Source: Guillardia theta CCMP2712
Lineage: Eukaryota > Protista > Cryptophyta
Length of the DNA: 64,000 nucleotides
Direction of reading: 5' to 3'
Assembly (NCBI RefSeq): GCF_000315625.1
Contig: NW_005434584.1
Location: 62,001 to 126,000 of the forward strand
The notes under the pieces were generated by a model, which had not been told where the DNA came from, ran no database searches, and worked only from the letters and a program-made list of their open reading frames with translations. Every line of letters begins with the position of its first letter. Within the stretch, counting starts at the first letter, position 1. A program made the position numbers and the translations under genes. Shown piece by piece: positions 58,854 to 64,000 of the stretch.

Positions 58854-60041
58854 ATGTTATGGCGCAAGGGGAAATTTCTGTGCTTGATGCTTCTGCTTGC
58901 AGCTATGTCTATCCTATTCAATGTCATGTCTTTCAGACAAGCTCTGCTAACAGCTGGCAGACCTTTGCTCACTCCATCAAGGAGTATGAAGGCACGAATG
59001 TCCAAGAATGAATTCTTGCATTGGAAACGTTGCAGGCGGCATCCAGCCATTGATCAGTCGATCCTTCTGTATCGCTCTGCTGCTTGTCGAGGTCGAGTGA
59101 CAAGGTCAGCCATCAGGAGAAGCGTGCGAGAGGAACGAGATTACATAGGCGTCAGCATCCGACACAACCATGTCTCTTACTACGGTGCCGAGGGAACGCC
59201 CTGGGAAAAGAGTAACAGAGTGACCAACGGGCTGATTCAAGACATCGCTATGGTAGCGCAACAAGTCGATCTGCCGGACGTGGAGTTCATTGGCTTCTTT
59301 CATGACGGGTATGGGGGGGTGAACCTGCCGGATGCAAGGAACGTCTGCCTGCCTGTCTTCGTGCAAGAGAAGCCAAGGTCTAGCAAAGGCATTCTAGCGA
59401 CCCCCCGATCAGTGCAAGGGTTCTCAGACTATATCCTAGGCACTGCGACAAAGGACAATACCATCCCCTTGGAAAGAAAGATCAACAAAGCTTTCTTCAG
59501 GGGTACCACGACTGGTGGAGTATACACGCTAAACAATTGGAAGAACTTCACAAGGAGCAAGATCGTCAAAGCCTCGTTAGATCACCCGGATCTACTCGAT
59601 GCTCGCTTCACACGCGTCGTGCAGTACGACTCTGAGAAGCTTGTCAAAGTCATGGAGAATGAGGGATATCTCACGGAAACTCACGTCGAGCACTCAGAGC
59701 AATGGAAGTACAGGATGATTGTCGTGCCTGACGGCAACTCAGTTCCTGATCGCCTGCTGGACTTCCTAGCAAGCAACGTCGTCGTACTGAAGCAGGAGTC
59801 AGAGAACGAAGAGTTCTGGTACCAAGACCTCAAGCCGTATGAGCACTACATCCCCTTCAAGCGCGACGTGTCGGACCTGGTTGAAGTGATCAGAAAGACT
59901 CTCAAGAACGAGACTCTCATGACACATGTTTCTGACTCTTCAACTCACTACGTCCTTGCGAACCTCAACTCAGACTGCATCAAGTGCTACCTCGTGCATC
60001 TCCTCTATGAGTATGCGGACGTGTATGTTGAGGACCATTAA
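58854..60041 (+). CDS. Glycosyltransferase family 90 (CAP10/POGLUT/KDELC-like), intronless
   Basis: Signal anchor; LPDVEFI...D; KINKAFFRGTTTG; KYRMIVVPDGN; EEFWYQDLKPYEHYIP..RDVSDL. Confidence 0.88.
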   Translation: MLWRKGKFLCLMLLLAAMSILFNVMSFRQALLTAGRPLLTPSRSMKARMSKNEFLHWKRCRRHPAIDQSILLYRSAACRGRVTRSAIRRSVREERDYIGVSIRHNHVSYYGAEGTPWEKSNRVTNGLIQDIAMVAQQVDLPDVEFIGFFHDGYGGVNLPDARNVCLPVFVQEKPRSSKGILATPRSVQGFSDYILGTATKDNTIPLERKINKAFFRGTTTGGVYTLNNWKNFTRSKIVKASLDHPDLLDARFTRVVQYDSEKLVKVMENEGYLTETHVEHSEQWKYRMIVVPDGNSVPDRLLDFLASNVVVLKQESENEEFWYQDLKPYEHYIPFKRDVSDLVEVIRKTLKNETLMTHVSDSSTHYVLANLNSDCIKCYLVHLLYEYADVYVEDH

Positions 60042-60783
60042 TTTCCTGACCCAAAGACAGTCTGTGTATAATCCATCGGTCTGTTTGTTTGGTTCACCGT
60101 CGTTTGCCTTCGGTCTTCCTCAACGCTGTTTAGATCAGCATGAGATAGGATTGAAGGTTAAGAGCTTTCATTCAAGCTTGTTCCTTTCAGAACTAGAAAC
60201 CCTTCAAAGAGGCGTGGAATAAAGATTATTCCAACCAAGTTGAAGACGAGCTGAACAATCCCTGCTTTTTTTGCACGAAAAACTTGATGATAAAAATGAA
60301 CTGAAATTGCCTTTCTTGGGACAATCTCGAGATTCGATAGAGCTTGGTCTCCATCACTCGACGTGGCAAATCAAAGATGCATCTTGCGGATGTTTGCCAA
60401 GAGACAGAATGAAGAATTCTGAGCAGACTCCGCATTTTCGGAGACACAAGGAAGAAATATTTTCTTTTCCTCACACAAGGATGAATTGAGCTAGAACAGT
60501 TTTGAAAGTAAGCACTATAGAGATGACATGAGTATCATACAGATGTCCTTCAGAAAAGGGAGGATCCTATCCACCTCTTGCCAGGCATTGTATTATATCC
60601 GTTCTACATGGTAACCAGCTTATCTCGCGTCCACTAGATGTGAATGGATAGGGAGTAGGAGGAAACCAATACATAACTAACATCTTGTCGAGAATCTGTT
60701 TGCACCTTGCGACACAAAAACTATTTCTCCACCCGCTCTTTCTTTGTCCCCCCCCCTCCTCCTTCACCCAGTCTTCGCTCCTC

Positions 60784-63073
60784 TCACTCATACTTCGTCA
60801 CGTCCAGAGGACGTCGAACGCGCTTGTAGAGGCACATGTAGGCCATGTGCCAGTCGCCTCCTCCGTAGAGCTTCTTGACCTCGTCGGCCTCGATCTCCGA
60901 GACCTGACCGACGGTCAGTCTCAATCACGTCGTCAGGTTCAAGTCGGTTTCAAGCTCAGACGTCATTGCTAAGAGGAGCAGACCTTGGCGTCATCGAAGA
61001 GAAACCACTTGCCCGAGTCCTTCTTGATCCAGGCGACGTAGTGCCCTCCGTCCGCCGTCCTCCCCTACTGCCTCGTCACTTCTCTCCACCACGAGAGGGT
61101 TTAGGGTTTAGGGTCGTCACCTTGTGCGTGATGACTCCGGTCAGCTCGTAAGTGGACCAGAGATCCTCCGTCTCCTCGATCTCCTCTTGGCCTTCCACCT
61201 CCATCGTCTCCTCCTTCTTCTCCTCTCCCTTCGCACCCTCCTTGCTCTCGCTCTCATCCTTGGCTGTCCACAAGTCATCAGTGCAGGAATACTTTCAGCA
61301 TGCAGCTCACCTGTACCAGTCTCGGTGCGTCGCCTCAACGCGGCTTGTCGCTCATCATTCGCCTCACGTTCCTGAAGTCTGCATGCTCGGAGGGTGCAGG
61401 AGACAACAGTAACGGCACCTTATTCCTCCACTTGTCTATCCTCGACTTGTACTCGTCGGTGCAGAAGTCCCTCATGTCCAACAGGAACGGAAACTTAACC
61501 GCGCGGAGGATCTTGGCCTTCTTCCCGGTGTCTTGCCTCCACTGGAACCTCACGAAGTGAAGCAGCAGATACTTTGGCAAGCTGAGGCAGACTCTGGTCA
61601 GACAACACAAGATCATGGAGACGCTGCAAACCGGGAGATCTTGGAAGTCTTCTTGTAGAGAGCGGTCCTTCCGAGGGAAGGAGAGTTCTTTTCCAGTGAA
61701 GACTCAAGGCCCTGACAGGAGGTCAGAAGTCTCAGCACAAGGAGAGACAAGAGACACAAAACATCACCAGAGAGATGCTCTGAGTCACGAAGTCAGTGCC
61801 ACCTTTGCTGCTTCCATCCGGTTGGGGAGTCTGCGGTCTCCTCAGAAGAGCCCCACTCGCTCTGCAAGGAGAAGTACCGGCCCCTGGATGTGACAGGAGA
61901 TCTTCAGTTGCTTCTCTTTCTCCGTCACGGCCTGAGGGGCAGCCACATCAACGCACTGATGTTGTCACAAGGCCTCTCACAGACCGGCTCATCTCCTTCC
62001 GCGCACTTGACCTCAACATCCAACTCGACGCCAAAGAGGTCCTCAATGAAGCTCTTTCCCTCGGCAGTCTTGATCTACCACCACCAATCTATCAGCAAGG
62101 TCGCAATCGCATCAACTAGGTACCTTCTGCGTGTAGACTTGCAGCAACTGTGACAAACACTCCTCTGCATCTTGTTGCATGTGCATCCCGCCCTCTCCCC
62201 TCTCATCGAATTGTGGGAAGTTCAGACGCAGCTGTTGGAGGGTCTCAAGGACGAAAATCAAAATCAACGTCGGGCCACCTGCATCAACAGATTTCCAGGA
62301 GCAATCGGTTCAGTAGCCGACTGCATCCGCTTGAACAAGTTCTTCGACGCAACAACCAGGCCGTTGTAAGGATCGGAATGCTGGGTCGATTCTGTTCAGA
62401 CAGAAATCTCAGTGTATTTCCGAGATGTTTCGAACTGAAGAAACCTGCTGGAGAGTTCGACAAGCTCTCAACCAGCTCGTTGACGTTGTTGACAACCTGA
62501 TCTTGAAGTCAACCCAGGAGGCTCCCTCAACCTCAAGATACCTGGAGGCAGGAGTTCATGTAGCAGGTATTTCCAAGGTTCTCAAGGCCAAAGGGAACAC
62601 CAGCAGCCATCAGCCCTGCCATATCCGACGGTGCCAAGTCTTCGACCTGAGCACAACATCACTGCAAACAGCATGGCAGAGCTCTCTCGTACAAAGATCG
62701 GTTTCTCTGTCGGAGCTTGCAGAATCTCGTCGGCAGTTCCAAACAGCATGAGCATCTTGGACCAACGTCAGGACAAGTCAAGGCAGGAGAAACGGAGGGA
62801 GAGTCAACCTGCTTGTCCTTGAGGTTCAACGACTTGAGGTCAGTGTCATCGTTGATCTTCTTGGTCCCCGCAGTGATCTTCTGCCGGTCAGGGGGAACTC
62901 CTGTGAGCGCAAACAGCTGCGCACAGCCGTCATGGTCAAACGAAGAGCATGCGGGGAGAACATCGGAGAGAAGACAGCACCTGAGCCTTGAAGACTTCAG
63001 CTGGCTCATCCAACATGATCTGAACGTCGAACTTCTCCTTTCCCCACTTCACCTTCACATCGACAGTCGCCAT
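60784..63073 (-). CDS. USP14: Proteasome-associated deubiquitinase USP14/UBP6, multi-exon
   Basis: UBL start MATVDVKVKWGKEKF...LFALTGVPPDRQKI; Cys box GLENLGNTCYMNSCLQ (~62542-62590); QQDAEE; LPKYL..HFVRFQW...KAKILRAVKFP; YELTGVITHK|GRTADGGHYVAW; GGGDWHMAY. Confidence 0.95.
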
Positions 63074-63258
63074 TCTTTTTAAAATCATGTTAGCATGGCA
63101 TAGTGGAGAAGTGAAAGCCCGTCGTTACAGACTGTTCAGCAGCTAATTCTACTTCAGCCTCCCCCCCGTCATACTCCCTCATCTTATCGTACATGTCACT
63201 CACTTAGCAATGTTTCATTTTCCTGCCCAGCCTTAGCTTCATTTCCTATGATCTTGCT

Positions 63259-63315
63259 CCTGTCCTGTCCTGTCCTGTCCTGTCCTGTCCTGTCCTGTCC
63301 TGTCCTGTCCTGTCC
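63259..63315. repeat. (CTGTC)n microsatellite
   Basis: Direct inspection. Confidence 0.95.
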
Positions 63316-64000
63316 TCCCTCCTCCTCTCCTCTCCTCTCCTCTCCTCTCCCTCTTCTCCTCTCCCTCCTCCCCATTCAAATCCGTCTCCCCGTTCCCGCC
63401 ATGATTCAAAAGGACACGTGTATTTATTACCAGGATGACCAATATTAAACAAGTCCGCCTCAGAACATTTCAACCGGAATACTGAGGACAGAGAGAGTCC
63501 TCCTACCCTGTCCAGGAGCCCTTTATACAGCCCGCCTCATTTTCTGTACAAGAAAAATTACGGGACAGCAATTAAATATTATGGAAATTTGTTCAGATCA
63601 TTAGTTGTCCACAGCAGTTCCGAGGGGGACTTGAAATCACCCACCCCCACCTTTGCCTTTAGACAAAGGGGTAGGGTAGTTGGGAGCGAGGGACAACTCA
63701 GAGATGAGACGATGTAAATTGAAATGGAGTGAAGAAGAGTAGAAGTAGAAGAAGTAGAAGTAGAAAGGAAGAAGAAGAAGAAGAAGAAGATGTTGATGAA
63801 TACAAAGATGCTAAAGAATGTTGTGATGATGAGCTTGACTGACGTTATGAAGGGGAGGAAGTTCGAGGATTATTTTGAATTCTACTTTGATTGAGGATTA
63901 GGATTAGGATGACAAATATAAAATTGTGAGAAAATAATTGAAGAAGGAAATGCAGATGAATAATTTGACGATGCAAGATATAGGGATCAGGAGCAGGAAC

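Overview
Eukaryotic nuclear DNA with short GT-AG introns, CTGAC-type branch points and CT/GA-rich intron tracts. The overall style suggests a cryptophyte alga (Guillardia/Hanusia-like); this is inference, not a database match. The window is dominated by two giant, convergent, almost intronless paralogous type-I membrane surface-protein genes (about 4180 aa on +, about 3680 aa on -). They are built from a ~150-190 aa beta-rich module, GSGY-type repeats and ID.E...RG..GT..H repeats that resemble repeats in T4-like phage structural proteins. Copy 1 also carries an SRCR domain inserted inside one repeat. Between and to the right of them lies a dense set of intronless type-II membrane glycosyltransferase genes (GT25, a GT-A enzyme, a PLOD-type GT + GT90 fusion, GT61, GT90), three DUF3431 copies, and a third Ser/Thr-rich surface protein. 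Intron-rich housekeeping genes are interspersed (UBE2C-like E2, prephenate dehydrogenase, USP14/UBP6). Also present: an internally deleted Crypton-like tyrosine-recombinase transposon relic, a PDI pseudogene fragment, a 13x CxHxxxRxxCxxC repeat protein, minisatellites and palindromes. The best candidate for a new system is a surface-glycoprotein plus glycosylation-enzyme locus with recombining giant adhesin-like genes. All family assignments come from motifs recognised by eye.
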